Assembly: GCA_035504215.1 (NCBI GenBank)
Contig: DATJSI010000062.1
Coordinates: 31,311-95,310 of the forward strand
Length of the DNA: 64,000 nucleotides
Source of the DNA: Mycobacteriales bacterium
Lineage (GTDB): Bacteria; Actinomycetota; Actinomycetes; JAFAQI01
Reading direction: 5' to 3'
Part shown: piece by piece, positions 38,577-47,620 of the stretch
Numbering within the stretch: the first letter of the stretch is position 1
How the letters are laid out: each line of letters begins with the position of its first letter
Position numbers and translations under genes: made by a program
Notes under the pieces: generated by a model
What the model saw: only the letters and a program-made list of their open reading frames with translations
Told to the model about the DNA's origin: nothing
The model's database searches: none

Positions 38577-41500
38577 GTGATAGGCGAAACTTGTCCCGTG
38601 GTCGCGGACTCCGGTCTCTGCCCGGTGCGGGTCGGGCGGGAAGCCGATATGGCGGCGATCGCCAGGTCTCTGTCACGGCTTGAGTCCAGCGGACGTGGCG
38701 CGCTGCTGCTGATAGCAGCGGAAGCAGGGATGGGTAAGTCACGGCTGGCGGCCGAGGCTCTGGACCTGGCCAAGGCGCGTGGTCTCCGTCGGATGGTGGG
38801 CGGTTGCGCGGGCGACGGTGCGACGGCGTACCAGCCTTTCGCGGTTGCACTGCGGCGGTGGGTTCGCGTGCTCGACCAGGCAACGATCGGCGAGCTCTTC
38901 GCGCCACCCGCGACCTTGGCTGCGGTGCTGGTGCCCGAGATTGCGCGGAGCCTTGATATCGGGACGTCGACGCCGACTCCGGATGATCTTGCGGCCGCCG
39001 TCTGGCAACTACTGCGTCGCGTAAGCCGTCCGGACGGCGCGGTTCTTCTGCTCGAGGATCTGCACTGGGCCGATACCGACAGCCTCCGGATGCTCAGCAG
39101 CCTCGTTCGCGAGATCGACGACCTACCCGTGCTGATCGTCGGCACTTATCGGCCGGATGAGATGCACCGTCGCCATCCCCTCCAAGTGTTGTTGACCGAG
39201 TTGGGTCGGGAGCGCCGCCTTGAGCAGATAAGACTCGCACCGCTGTCCAGCCGTGAGGTAGCAGAGATGCTCGCGGCGATCTTCGACGGCACGGTGGTCG
39301 GAGAGGATTTTGCGCGCGCGGTATTTGACCGCACCGGCGGAAATCCGTTCTTCATAGAGGAGCTGATGACCGGACTGATCGGTTCAGGCGAGGGTTACCG
39401 CGCAGCCGGGGACTGGAGGCGCGTCGACCTGTCGTCCATCCACATGCCACTGACCGTCCGCGATGCGCTACTCCACAGAACCAGGACTCTCAGCGACGAT
39501 GAGCTTGAGATCTTGAAGTTCGCAGCCGTCGCCGGCGAAGTGCTTGAAGTGGATGTCCTCGCCGCTGCCACGAAGCAGACGATCGAGGCAGTGGAGGCAG
39601 CGATCCGGGCGGGCCTGCGGCTCCAGATCCTGTCGGAGGCGAACGAGGGCGCGTTGACCACCTATGTCTTTCGTCATGCGCTCACTCGTGAGGCTCTCGC
39701 TGAGGAGCTGGTCGGTCCTGATCGCCAGCGAGCGCGGGCAGCGATCGCGAATGCGGTGGTTGCGGCGCGCGCGGATGAGCTCCCTGCCCGTGCGTCAGTC
39801 CTCGCCGACCACTTCACGGCGGCAGGTGAGGTGGGCAAAGCTATTGAGTACGGAATACTGGCCGCCCGAACTGCATCAGCGACGTTCGCGACGGATGAGG
39901 CGGGTAGGCAGTGGGACCGAGCGTTGGGCTTTCTCGGTCCGGACGCCCCGCAGCGGCTCGACTTGCTGCTCGAAGCCGCTGAGGGCGTTGTGGACGCGGC
40001 GGATCGCCGGCTTGCAATAGCGTTCGCGACCGAAGCCAGGCGCAGGGCCCATTCCGCGAATGACCCGATCCGTGAAGCTCGTGCCGTCCATGTCCTGGAA
40101 AATGAGCGCTATCTCAGCGGTGATGGTGCAGGAGCGCTGGTTATGTGCCAGCAGGCTTACGACCTGGTTCGTGGTCGCGACGACTATGCAGAGGCAACCG
40201 CGCTGCGAAACCTCACGCGTCGTCTCACCCTGATGGATCGCGGCGACGAGGCGACCGAGCTAGTTGAACGGGGCATATCGCTGGCTCACGACTCCAGCAA
40301 TTCCAGTGCCCTATCCGGGCTGCATGGCACTCGGATGTTGACCACCCCGCTCGGGCCTGACTTTGACGCCGCCTACTCCGCTTCCCTCGCTGCAGCTCTG
40401 GCCGCAAACGACGTCGAAGCGGAGCGAAACGCCACCACAAATGCGGGCTACTCGATGTTGTGGGGCGGCGAGCTGTACCGCTCTCGAGAGGCTTTCGCAC
40501 GAGCCCACGAACTCGGTGAGCGTTACGCACCGATCGAACGGTATGTGGGTGCGGGTTACGCCTGGCTGCTCGCTTTGATCGGGGACTACGACCGTGCACG
40601 GGCCTTGGGTGAGCAGACTCGAGGCACCAGTGATGTGCCGTCACGGGTGGTCGCACTAACTGCGCTGTACGAGGTTGCCGACCGAACTGCCGATCCCATG
40701 AGTGCTGCGATTGCCGCGGAGCTCGGCGAACTGGCCTCCGGCACCTCCGAGAACCAACGCATCGCGCCCGCGCTCGCGTCCCGCGCGCGCGAACTCCTGC
40801 ACGCCGACGGCATCGAGGCTGCGCTCCCGGTCTTCCTACAAGTCCTTGAGACCACCACGTACCCCGACAAGCGGGTCGGCAGTCACTGGATGTTCTCCCC
40901 CGAGTGCGCCGCGGCGCTCGCTGCCGCTGGCCTGGAAGAGGAGGTCCGAGAGTGGTTGACGCAGATTGATCGGCTAACCGGGAATGACCGGAACCCCCAC
41001 AATGTCGCGGCGTGGCGGCTGTGCGAGGCCCACCAAGCTGTCGCAGCGGGAAGGAACGAGAGCGCCCGCGAGCTGTTCGCTGATGCAATCAGGCGGTACA
41101 ACGCGATGCCGTGCCCGGCGCGAGAGACCGAAGCCTGGCTCGGCTTGGCCGACCTCGAGTGGACAATGGACACCGGGGACGCCAGCGAGCGGGCGGCACG
41201 TTCCGCCCACGAGATCGCAACGCGGGTAGGCGCCGTACGGCTTCAGCGGCTGGCGTCCGTCGCAATCGAGCGAACGGCGGCTCCGGCGATTCTTGCAACC
41301 GTCATGGTCACCGACATCATCGGCTCCACCGAAAAGGCCGCCACGCTCGGCGACCGAGGCTGGAGAGAGCTTCTCGACCGACACCATGCAGCCGTCCGCC
41401 GTGAACTGGCGCGATTCGACGGCCGAGAGATCGATACCGCAGGTGACGGCTTCCTCGCCGCATTCGCGAGCCCGGCGCAGGCGGTTCGCTGTGCGAGTGC

Positions 41501-41765
41501 CTGTCGTGCTTCGGTGAGTCGCCTGGGCCTGGAAGTACGGATCGGTTTGCACTCAGGTGAGTGTCAGCAATCCGGCGACAAGCTAACCGGCATCGCCGTA
41601 CACGTTGCTGCTCGAATCGCCGCTTCGGCCGAGGGCGGTCAGATACTTACGTCGGGAACCGTGCGGGACCTGTTGGCGGGCTCCGGCGTCCGGTTCATCG
41701 ACGCCGGCGACCGCGAATTCAAAGGCCTCCCTGGACCCCGTCGAGTATTTGCGGTCGACGCATGA
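38577..41765 (+). CDS. AAA+ (STAND-like) ATPase / helical-repeat / class III adenylyl-guanylyl cyclase fusion protein
   Basis: Walker A GMGKSRL. Long TPR-like helical region. C-terminal CHD with metal-binding Asp (VTDIIGST, DTAGDGFLAAF). GTG start. Confidence 0.8.
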   Translation: MIGETCPVVADSGLCPVRVGREADMAAIARSLSRLESSGRGALLLIAAEAGMGKSRLAAEALDLAKARGLRRMVGGCAGDGATAYQPFAVALRRWVRVLDQATIGELFAPPATLAAVLVPEIARSLDIGTSTPTPDDLAAAVWQLLRRVSRPDGAVLLLEDLHWADTDSLRMLSSLVREIDDLPVLIVGTYRPDEMHRRHPLQVLLTELGRERRLEQIRLAPLSSREVAEMLAAIFDGTVVGEDFARAVFDRTGGNPFFIEELMTGLIGSGEGYRAAGDWRRVDLSSIHMPLTVRDALLHRTRTLSDDELEILKFAAVAGEVLEVDVLAAATKQTIEAVEAAIRAGLRLQILSEANEGALTTYVFRHALTREALAEELVGPDRQRARAAIANAVVAARADELPARASVLADHFTAAGEVGKAIEYGILAARTASATFATDEAGRQWDRALGFLGPDAPQRLDLLLEAAEGVVDAADRRLAIAFATEARRRAHSANDPIREARAVHVLENERYLSGDGAGALVMCQQAYDLVRGRDDYAEATALRNLTRRLTLMDRGDEATELVERGISLAHDSSNSSALSGLHGTRMLTTPLGPDFDAAYSASLAAALAANDVEAERNATTNAGYSMLWGGELYRSREAFARAHELGERYAPIERYVGAGYAWLLALIGDYDRARALGEQTRGTSDVPSRVVALTALYEVADRTADPMSAAIAAELGELASGTSENQRIAPALASRARELLHADGIEAALPVFLQVLETTTYPDKRVGSHWMFSPECAAALAAAGLEEEVREWLTQIDRLTGNDRNPHNVAAWRLCEAHQAVAAGRNESARELFADAIRRYNAMPCPARETEAWLGLADLEWTMDTGDASERAARSAHEIATRVGAVRLQRLASVAIERTAAPAILATVMVTDIIGSTEKAATLGDRGWRELLDRHHAAVRRELARFDGREIDTAGDGFLAAFASPAQAVRCASACRASVSRLGLEVRIGLHSGECQQSGDKLTGIAVHVAARIAASAEGGQILTSGTVRDLLAGSGVRFIDAGDREFKGLPGPRRVFAVDA

Positions 41766-41953
41766 ACTGTTCTCTCGCCACCGGCAGGCACACCGACACT
41801 CGATACTCGGCACTCGCCAGCGCCGAGCTGACTCTGCTTCCGATTCGGTCGCGACACACGGCAATTGGTCCGGCAAGACGCCCACCGACGCGATAGCACC
41901 GTCACGGGCAGTCGCGGCCCTCGCATACATCACCGACGCTCGATGCCCGCAGG

Positions 41954-42310
41954 CTATTGAGCGGTTCGGCGTCGCGCGTTCGTGGCTCGCAGCCTGCTGT
42001 TCTCGTCTTGCAGCTCCATGACCATGGCGATGCCGGCCAGATTGAGACCAGCGTCGAGCAGGTCGCCGATACGGCGCAATCGATCAAGGTCGTTAGCGCT
42101 GTACCGGCGGGTGCCTCCCACGGTGCGCTCCGGCTCGAGCAGTCCGCGCGCCTCGTAGGCGCGAAGGTTCTGCACCCCGGTGCCAACCAGCTCAGCGGCT
42201 ACGGAGATGCCGTACACGCCACGCGCGCGGTCAGGGTCGGTGCCTGTCACGCTGCCACTCTCTCGCCGGCCGAATTCTTCGCTGTAGCCGCTTGCGCTGC
42301 CATCATACAC
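41954..42310 (-). CDS. HspR-like MerR-family heat-shock regulator
   Basis: [37 protein letters not shown]...GLNLAGI matches HspR signatures. Divergent from hsp20. Confidence 0.75.
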   Translation of the reverse strand: MYDGSASGYSEEFGRRESGSVTGTDPDRARGVYGISVAAELVGTGVQNLRAYEARGLLEPERTVGGTRRYSANDLDRLRRIGDLLDAGLNLAGIAMVMELQDENSRLRATNARRRTAQ

Positions 42311-42320
42311 ATGCTATATC

Positions 42321-42339
42321 AAATCTATAGCGCATGCCA
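42321..42339. promoter_or_regulatory. conserved box AAATCTATAGCGCATGCCA in hspR/hsp20 divergent region (copy 1)
   Basis: 17/19 identical at 49377..49395. Contains a CTATA-N7-TATAG inverted repeat. Confidence 0.3.
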
Positions 42340-42406
42340 TAGGTCCGACTCTCGGGCCACTTGGCGACGAGCATCCGAGAGAAGAGGAGCAATGGAGGTG
42401 GACACG

Positions 42407-42838
42407 ATGCTGATGCGCACCGACCCGTTCCGTGAGCTGGACCGGCTCACCCAGCAAGTCTTCGGTTCCAACGGGACCCTCGCGCGCCCCTCGGTGATGC
42501 CGATGGACGCTTGGCGGGATGGAGACACCTTCCACGTCGAGTTCGATCTGCCCGGAGTGAACCCGGACTCGATCGATCTCGATGTCGAACGCAACGTGGT
42601 GACGATCAAGGCGGAACGTCCGCCGCGCGCGACTGATGCTGAACTGATCGCGGCTGAGCGTCCGCGCGGCATTTTCAGCCGGCAGCTGATCCTCGGTGAC
42701 AACCTCGACACCGAGCGCATCCAGGCCAGTTATGACGCAGGTGTTCTCGGGCTGCAGATCCCAGTCGCCGAACAGGCCAAGCCGCGCAAGATCTCGATCA
42801 CGAACAACGGTGAGCGCAGGCAGGCCATCGACGTCTGA
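42407..42838 (+). CDS. Hsp20/alpha-crystallin small heat-shock protein
   Basis: [14 protein letters not shown]-terminus as in Streptomyces Hsp18. ACD motifs. GAAGAGGAG RBS upstream. Confidence 0.85.
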   Translation: MLMRTDPFRELDRLTQQVFGSNGTLARPSVMPMDAWRDGDTFHVEFDLPGVNPDSIDLDVERNVVTIKAERPPRATDAELIAAERPRGIFSRQLILGDNLDTERIQASYDAGVLGLQIPVAEQAKPRKISITNNGERRQAIDV

Positions 42839-42885
42839 CCCCGACCGCCCATGACGACGATCATGCGCGACGCGCTCGGACGGTC

Positions 42886-43608
42886 TCAGCCACTGGGCCC
42901 GAAGCGTTCCACCCGGATCTTTTGGCCGGCAACTCCAATGTCGAGGAGCAGGTCGCTGATGGCTTCGGCAAACCCGGCTGAGCCACAGATGTAGTACGAG
43001 TCATCAGCACGATCGAATACGGGTCGGAGATCCGCGGCATTGAGCCGACCGCGCGGGCGGCCGCTCGCGCTGTCCTCGCGAGTAAGCGCGATGACGGTGC
43101 CATGAGCGGCGAGTTCGTCGGCGTACGGGAGCTCGGCGAGGGTCCGAGATGACACGGCGAGCCGTAGCAGTTCTCCTCGGCCAAGGTGCCGGCTGTGACG
43201 GAGCATCGCGACCAACGGAACGACGCCGGATCCACCGCCAACTCCGGCCGCGGGCGCGTCGCCTCGCCAGACGAACCAGCCGCCGATTGGGCCCCGGACA
43301 TCGAGAACGTCGCCGGGTGCGGCGACGTCGGCGAGGTACGTCGAGACCTCTCCGTCGTCGAGGCGCTCGACGAACAGCTCGATCAGTGGGTCCGACGGGG
43401 CGGATGCCACCGAGTACGAACGTTGGGCGACGTAGCCATCAGGAGCGGTCAGCCGGATCACATAGTGCTGGCCGGGAAGGTGGTCAATGCGATCCGGCAC
43501 CTCGAGGCGGAGCAGGACCGCGTGTGGGGTCGGGTGGGCAACCTCACGGACGGTCGCGCGTCGCCACCCGCCGGTCGGCGCCGGCTGAACCCCGAGCGGA
43601 TCAGTCAC
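42886..43608 (-). CDS. FAD/NAD(P)-binding ferredoxin-reductase-like oxidoreductase
   Basis: RxYS FAD motif (QRSYSVAS), GGSGVVP NAD motif. 8-nt overlap with the upstream molybdoenzyme gene. Confidence 0.7.
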   Translation of the reverse strand: MTDPLGVQPAPTGGWRRATVREVAHPTPHAVLLRLEVPDRIDHLPGQHYVIRLTAPDGYVAQRSYSVASAPSDPLIELFVERLDDGEVSTYLADVAAPGDVLDVRGPIGGWFVWRGDAPAAGVGGGSGVVPLVAMLRHSRHLGRGELLRLAVSSRTLAELPYADELAAHGTVIALTREDSASGRPRGRLNAADLRPVFDRADDSYYICGSAGFAEAISDLLLDIGVAGQKIRVERFGPSG

Positions 43609-44212
43609 CTTGGTACCGCTGCTCGAGCCACGGGTCGCCGAGGTCGTGGTAACCGTTCTGTTCCCAGAATCCTGGCTGATCGTGGTCGAGCAACGTCAGC
43701 CGGGTGATCCACTTCGCGCTCTTCCAGAAGTACAGGTGTGGCACCAGCAAGCGCACCGGACCGCCGTGTTCGCGGGGGAGTGGTTCACCTTCGTACGTCC
43801 ACGCGATCCACGCCTTGCCGCCGGTGAGATGGTCCAGCGGAAAGTTCGTGGTGTATCCGGTGGTCGACGTAGCCAGGGCATGGGTTGCGTGCGGCATCGG
43901 GCCAGTGAGGCGCAGGAGCTCATCAACGCTTACGCCACCAAAGCGCGTGCCGAGCTTCGACCAGGTCGTGACGCAGTGGATGTCGCCGGCGAACTCCGAG
44001 CCCGGCAGCTGATGCATTTCTTCCCAGGACCAGGAGCGTGACTCGCGGACCAGCCCGTCGACCGTCATGGTCCACGTCGAGGTGTCGAGCCGTGGGGTCA
44101 CCTCTGCCGTTAACACCGGCCAGTCCTGCCCGGCGTCGTACTGGCCAGGTGGCAACCGAGGATCACGCTGACGATGCGTACGGCCCAGAAAGCCACGTGT
44201 CGGTTCCGTCAC
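43601..44212 (-). CDS. sulfite-oxidase-like molybdopterin oxidoreductase
   Basis: Mo-pterin domain motifs (HCVTTWS, GGPVRLLVP). GTG start. Confidence 0.75.
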   Translation of the reverse strand: MTEPTRGFLGRTHRQRDPRLPPGQYDAGQDWPVLTAEVTPRLDTSTWTMTVDGLVRESRSWSWEEMHQLPGSEFAGDIHCVTTWSKLGTRFGGVSVDELLRLTGPMPHATHALATSTTGYTTNFPLDHLTGGKAWIAWTYEGEPLPREHGGPVRLLVPHLYFWKSAKWITRLTLLDHDQPGFWEQNGYHDLGDPWLEQRYQGD

Positions 44213-44223
44213 GACGATTCTTC

Positions 44224-44312
44224 CCCCCAGATTGCCGACGGTGTAGTCGGCCGCCCTGCGGATTCACAAACGTGCCCCCGGTGGGACCCGGACCAGTCCT
44301 CCGCAGGTTCCT
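44224..44312. repeat. conserved non-coding element, copy A (C-run hairpin + gccgc..gcggaTTCACAnnGTGCCCCCGG..TGGGACCCGGACCAGTCCTCCGCAG)
   Basis: About 60 nt align with 48748..48808 with one 11-nt indel, so no coding frame is preserved. Flanked by the 8-bp inverted repeat CCTGCGGA/TCCGCAGG. 47 nt upstream of the Mo-enzyme GTG. Confidence 0.45.
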
Positions 44313-44816
44313 GCGATTGAGCTCTGGCGTTGACCTGCGCTGAGGCCTCAAAGGTACGCCGCCCTGATCGGCCTGGTGCGACGGGGATAACGATGCGCAG
44401 GCCGTTCGGCTCGCGTCGCACGCGAAAGTGCGGCGCGCGCCGGCTGGTAGAGGCTGGCCGCTGGTCGAGATCCGATGGGTTGACCGGCGTGCCGTCGGTT
44501 CGAGTCCAGTCTCGCGTCCGTCAGTTCCCACAATACGAACCGCGACCTGCTGGTCGAGGGGCCAGTTATAGCCTTGCGTGCCCTCCGATCCCGCTCACGC
44601 CGATAGCCCCTTCATGCGGGTCGGACTGGCGCCGGCGGAGAGCGTGTAGTACGCGCAGGCCTGTTGCGCGTTGAGTCGGTATGGCTGTCCGACGATCAGG
44701 TGGGTTGGGGGTCCTCGCCGTGGTAACCGCGCTCGTGCTTACTGCGTGTAGTGGGCCGAGCCGATCGGGAGACGGTTCGCTGGCCGTCGCCAGCCTGTCC
44801 CCCGGTCGAGCGGCCG

Positions 44817-45737
44817 TCATGAGATGAAACGGTGGATGGCCTCGTTGGCGTGGTCCTGTAACGCGGTGTTCGCCAGATCGGGCAAGAAGTCGGCTTGGTT
44901 GACCAGGGGACCTATCAACTTGTTCTCCGGGCTGGCGTAGAACACGCCGCTGGACAGGGCCGGGTCGGTGACGCCGTCGACGAGCCGCTTCGCGCCCACG
45001 TCGAGCTTGTGGGAGAGACCAAAGGCGGGCATGACGTACTTGGCGGCTACCCGCATCGGTAAGGGAAGGCCGCTGGCAGCTCCGGTCCCGGTGGTGTTCC
45101 CGGGGCTCACGGTAACGAATCGGCGGTCGGGGTGCTGGCGGGCGAGGAAGCCCATCCATAGGGCACCGATGTATTTGGCCTGTGCGAAGGCCAGGTTGAA
45201 GTCAGGCTTTCGGTTGGCGAAGAAGCTGCCATCGATGACTGTTGCGAGCTCGTCGGCGGAGGTTGAGTCGAACGATGGCCGCTTCATTCCCAACTTCGGA
45301 ACTCCGGCGACTGCTTCACTTCCGACAAACACCGCAACCTGGCTAAGCCGGCCCTCGGCCAGGAGTTCTTCGAGGAGGACAACGTGACCAAGGACATTCG
45401 TCGCGAACACGATGGTGACGCCGTCGGCAGTTAGGCTCAGCGTCTGCGGGCCGATGACACCAGCGTTCATGACCAGCGCGTCGATCGATCCGTCGAAGGA
45501 TGCCAGGCCAGCGCGAACGGAGCTCTGATCGGCAACGTCCATGAGCACGGTGTCGAAAATCTTTCGGCCGGTCGCGGCCTCGAGCTCGGCCTTTGCCGCG
45601 TTCGCTCGATATCGGTTCCGGCATGCCAGGTAGATCCCCGCGAACTCGGGACGTCGGGCCAGTTGCCGGGCCACCTCCTTGCCGAGCCCGGCGTTGGCGC
45701 CAGTGATGAGCGCCGTATTTCCCGGCACCGCGCTCAC
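44817..45737 (-). CDS. SDR-family oxidoreductase
   Basis: TGANAGLG cofactor motif, YxxxK-type active-site region. Confidence 0.8.
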   Translation of the reverse strand: MSAVPGNTALITGANAGLGKEVARQLARRPEFAGIYLACRNRYRANAAKAELEAATGRKIFDTVLMDVADQSSVRAGLASFDGSIDALVMNAGVIGPQTLSLTADGVTIVFATNVLGHVVLLEELLAEGRLSQVAVFVGSEAVAGVPKLGMKRPSFDSTSADELATVIDGSFFANRKPDFNLAFAQAKYIGALWMGFLARQHPDRRFVTVSPGNTTGTGAASGLPLPMRVAAKYVMPAFGLSHKLDVGAKRLVDGVTDPALSSGVFYASPENKLIGPLVNQADFLPDLANTALQDHANEAIHRFIS

Positions 45738-46054
45738 TCGGATCGTCTCTCGTCGTCCGTGGGCGTGGGCAGGCCCTGGAGCAAGCGGAAGCGGGCGTCC
45801 ATCGCGACGCTTCGGATGTCGATCAGCTGCTGATACGCGGGCGAGTTGTACCAGCTGAGGGCCGTATCCCTGTCGGTGAACCGTACGAGGGCTCCGGAAC
45901 TGAGCGAGCCGTCGCCGTGCAAAACTTCCCAGTCACCAGCGGCGATTACCTCCCCGCCATGCTCTGTGGCCGTCTGCCCAGCGATGGGGGCGTACCTCTC
46001 CCGATAGACATCCGGATCTCTGACGGTGAACTCCACAAGTACGTATGCGCTCAC
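45734..46054 (-). CDS. DUF1330-domain protein
   Basis: About 100-aa dimeric alpha+beta barrel family signature (YVLVEFTVRDPDVYRERY...VRFTDRDTALSWYNSPAYQ). Confidence 0.65.
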   Translation of the reverse strand: MSAYVLVEFTVRDPDVYRERYAPIAGQTATEHGGEVIAAGDWEVLHGDGSLSSGALVRFTDRDTALSWYNSPAYQQLIDIRSVAMDARFRLLQGLPTPTDDERRSE

Positions 46055-46178
46055 GCGGGTCCTCAGTTCCTAGTAGGGGATCTGGGTGCTTGGCCTTCAC
46101 TGCTAAGAGTGGGTTGAGCGACTCAGTCTGGTCCAGTACAGACTGGGTTGTCAAACCCAGAATCGCTAGAGTGGGTGC

Positions 46179-46784
46179 ATGGTCAACGAGACGAGTGATC
46201 GGCGGCGGCTCACCCCCAAGGGGGAACGGGTCCGGGCACGAATCGTGGAAGCCGCTGCCGACTTGATCCACGAGCGTGGGGTCGCGGGTACCACCTTGGA
46301 AGACGTCAAGATGGCAGCGGAGGTCAGCGGTTCGCAGCTTTACCACTATTTTCCCGACAAGAACGATCTGGTGCAGGCGGTCATCGACTATCAGGCCAAC
46401 GCCATCGTCAGTCGCCAGCGGCGGGTGCTCGGCAGCGTGAAGGGCCTCGAAGCGTGGCGGAAGATGGTCATCACTTCCGCGAGGCGCACCCAAGCAAGAG
46501 GTGGCTGCCAACTTGGTTCGCTCGGTGGTCAACTCGCCGAGAGCGACCCCGAGGCCCGGGCCCTGATCGCTGCCGGCTTCGAGCGCTGGTCAACCGCCAT
46601 AGGCGAGGAACTCAAGTTGCTTAATGCCGAAGGGAAGCTCGCGCCCGGCATCGACCCGGACGACCTCGCCACCACTCTGCTCGCCACCCTCGAAGGGGGA
46701 CTGCTGCTCGCCCAAGTACAACGGAGCACTCAACCCTTCGAAGCTGCGATCAATACGCTCCTCGCGCTTGCCGTCCCGACCTAA
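46179..46784 (+). CDS. TetR-family transcriptional regulator
   Basis: N-terminal HTH (GVAGTTLEDVKMAAEVSGSQLYHYFPDKNDLV). Confidence 0.8.
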   Translation: MVNETSDRRRLTPKGERVRARIVEAAADLIHERGVAGTTLEDVKMAAEVSGSQLYHYFPDKNDLVQAVIDYQANAIVSRQRRVLGSVKGLEAWRKMVITSARRTQARGGCQLGSLGGQLAESDPEARALIAAGFERWSTAIGEELKLLNAEGKLAPGIDPDDLATTLLATLEGGLLLAQVQRSTQPFEAAINTLLALAVPT

Positions 46785-46917
46785 GCCCGGTCGGGGCGCA
46801 ACGGCGCGTGCTGGCCGAACGAGATTGGACCTAGGGCCGCGGTACGCCGGGACGTACGTCACTGGACGCCACCTCCACCGAGATACAGGCTGAAACTGGC
46901 GAGGTAGGAGGGTCGCC

Positions 46918-47487
46918 GTGAAGGTCTCCGAGGTGATGGCGGCCCCCGCGATCACCGTGCGCGCGAGCGCACCGATCGAGGAGGCCGTTCGACTGCTGGC
47001 CGACAACCATGTCAACACGCTCCCGGTGACGGATCGTGAGGGCCGGCTGGTCGCAATGTTGACCGAGACCGACGTTCTGCGTGCGCTCGCCCTGCGCCTA
47101 GGTATCGGCCTGAGCCCGACCGCGCAACTCGATCCCGGTTCGATGCCACGTCGGGTGGCGGATATCGCTACCGCACCGAGAACGTCGGTGCGTCCTACCG
47201 ATGATATGTCCTATTGTCTGGCCCTCATGGTCGCCGACGGCGGCCGGAGCATTCCGGTGCTTGGCGCCGGCCGGGTCGTGGGAATCATCAGCCGCCTCGA
47301 AGCACTGCGGGCGCTCGAGCGGATCGACCTGGAGACCGTCCGGAACCTCATCCGTGCGGGTCGGCTGCCTAACGTTGGCGAGCCGGCCGCGCCGCTTGAA
47401 CACCGTGGCGCCGAGGGCAGGTCATCTGGCAATGTGCTCGACTTGTCCCTGCCTGCACGCCTGGACCGGCGTGACCTGATGCAGTGA
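46918..47487 (+). CDS. CBS-domain pair protein
   Basis: GTG start after GGAGGG RBS. Two CBS motifs. Confidence 0.7.
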   Translation: MKVSEVMAAPAITVRASAPIEEAVRLLADNHVNTLPVTDREGRLVAMLTETDVLRALALRLGIGLSPTAQLDPGSMPRRVADIATAPRTSVRPTDDMSYCLALMVADGGRSIPVLGAGRVVGIISRLEALRALERIDLETVRNLIRAGRLPNVGEPAAPLEHRGAEGRSSGNVLDLSLPARLDRRDLMQ

Positions 47488-47620
47488 CCTTCGGCTGGAG
47501 CATCGGGGGCGTTTGCCTCTGGTACCAGGCCGGAGCTTCTGCCCACCCTCGGGGCGGAAACACCTGGCTCGCTTGCCGGGAGCGTCCAAGGGCTGGGCTC
47601 GCTGGGGACGGTGATGGGAC

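Noticed and set aside
42311-42406. Canonical HspR HAIR operator (CTTGAGT-N7-ACTCAAG)
   Set aside because: Not found in either hspR/hsp20 intergenic region. A different conserved box is reported instead.
44440-44520. Intact tRNA gene
   Set aside because: GGTTCGAGTCC T-loop and a D-loop-like segment are present. The best acceptor pairing is about 99 nt apart with 6/7 base pairs and a T-stem with GU pairs and a mismatch. Not a functional cloverleaf. Retained only as a remnant.
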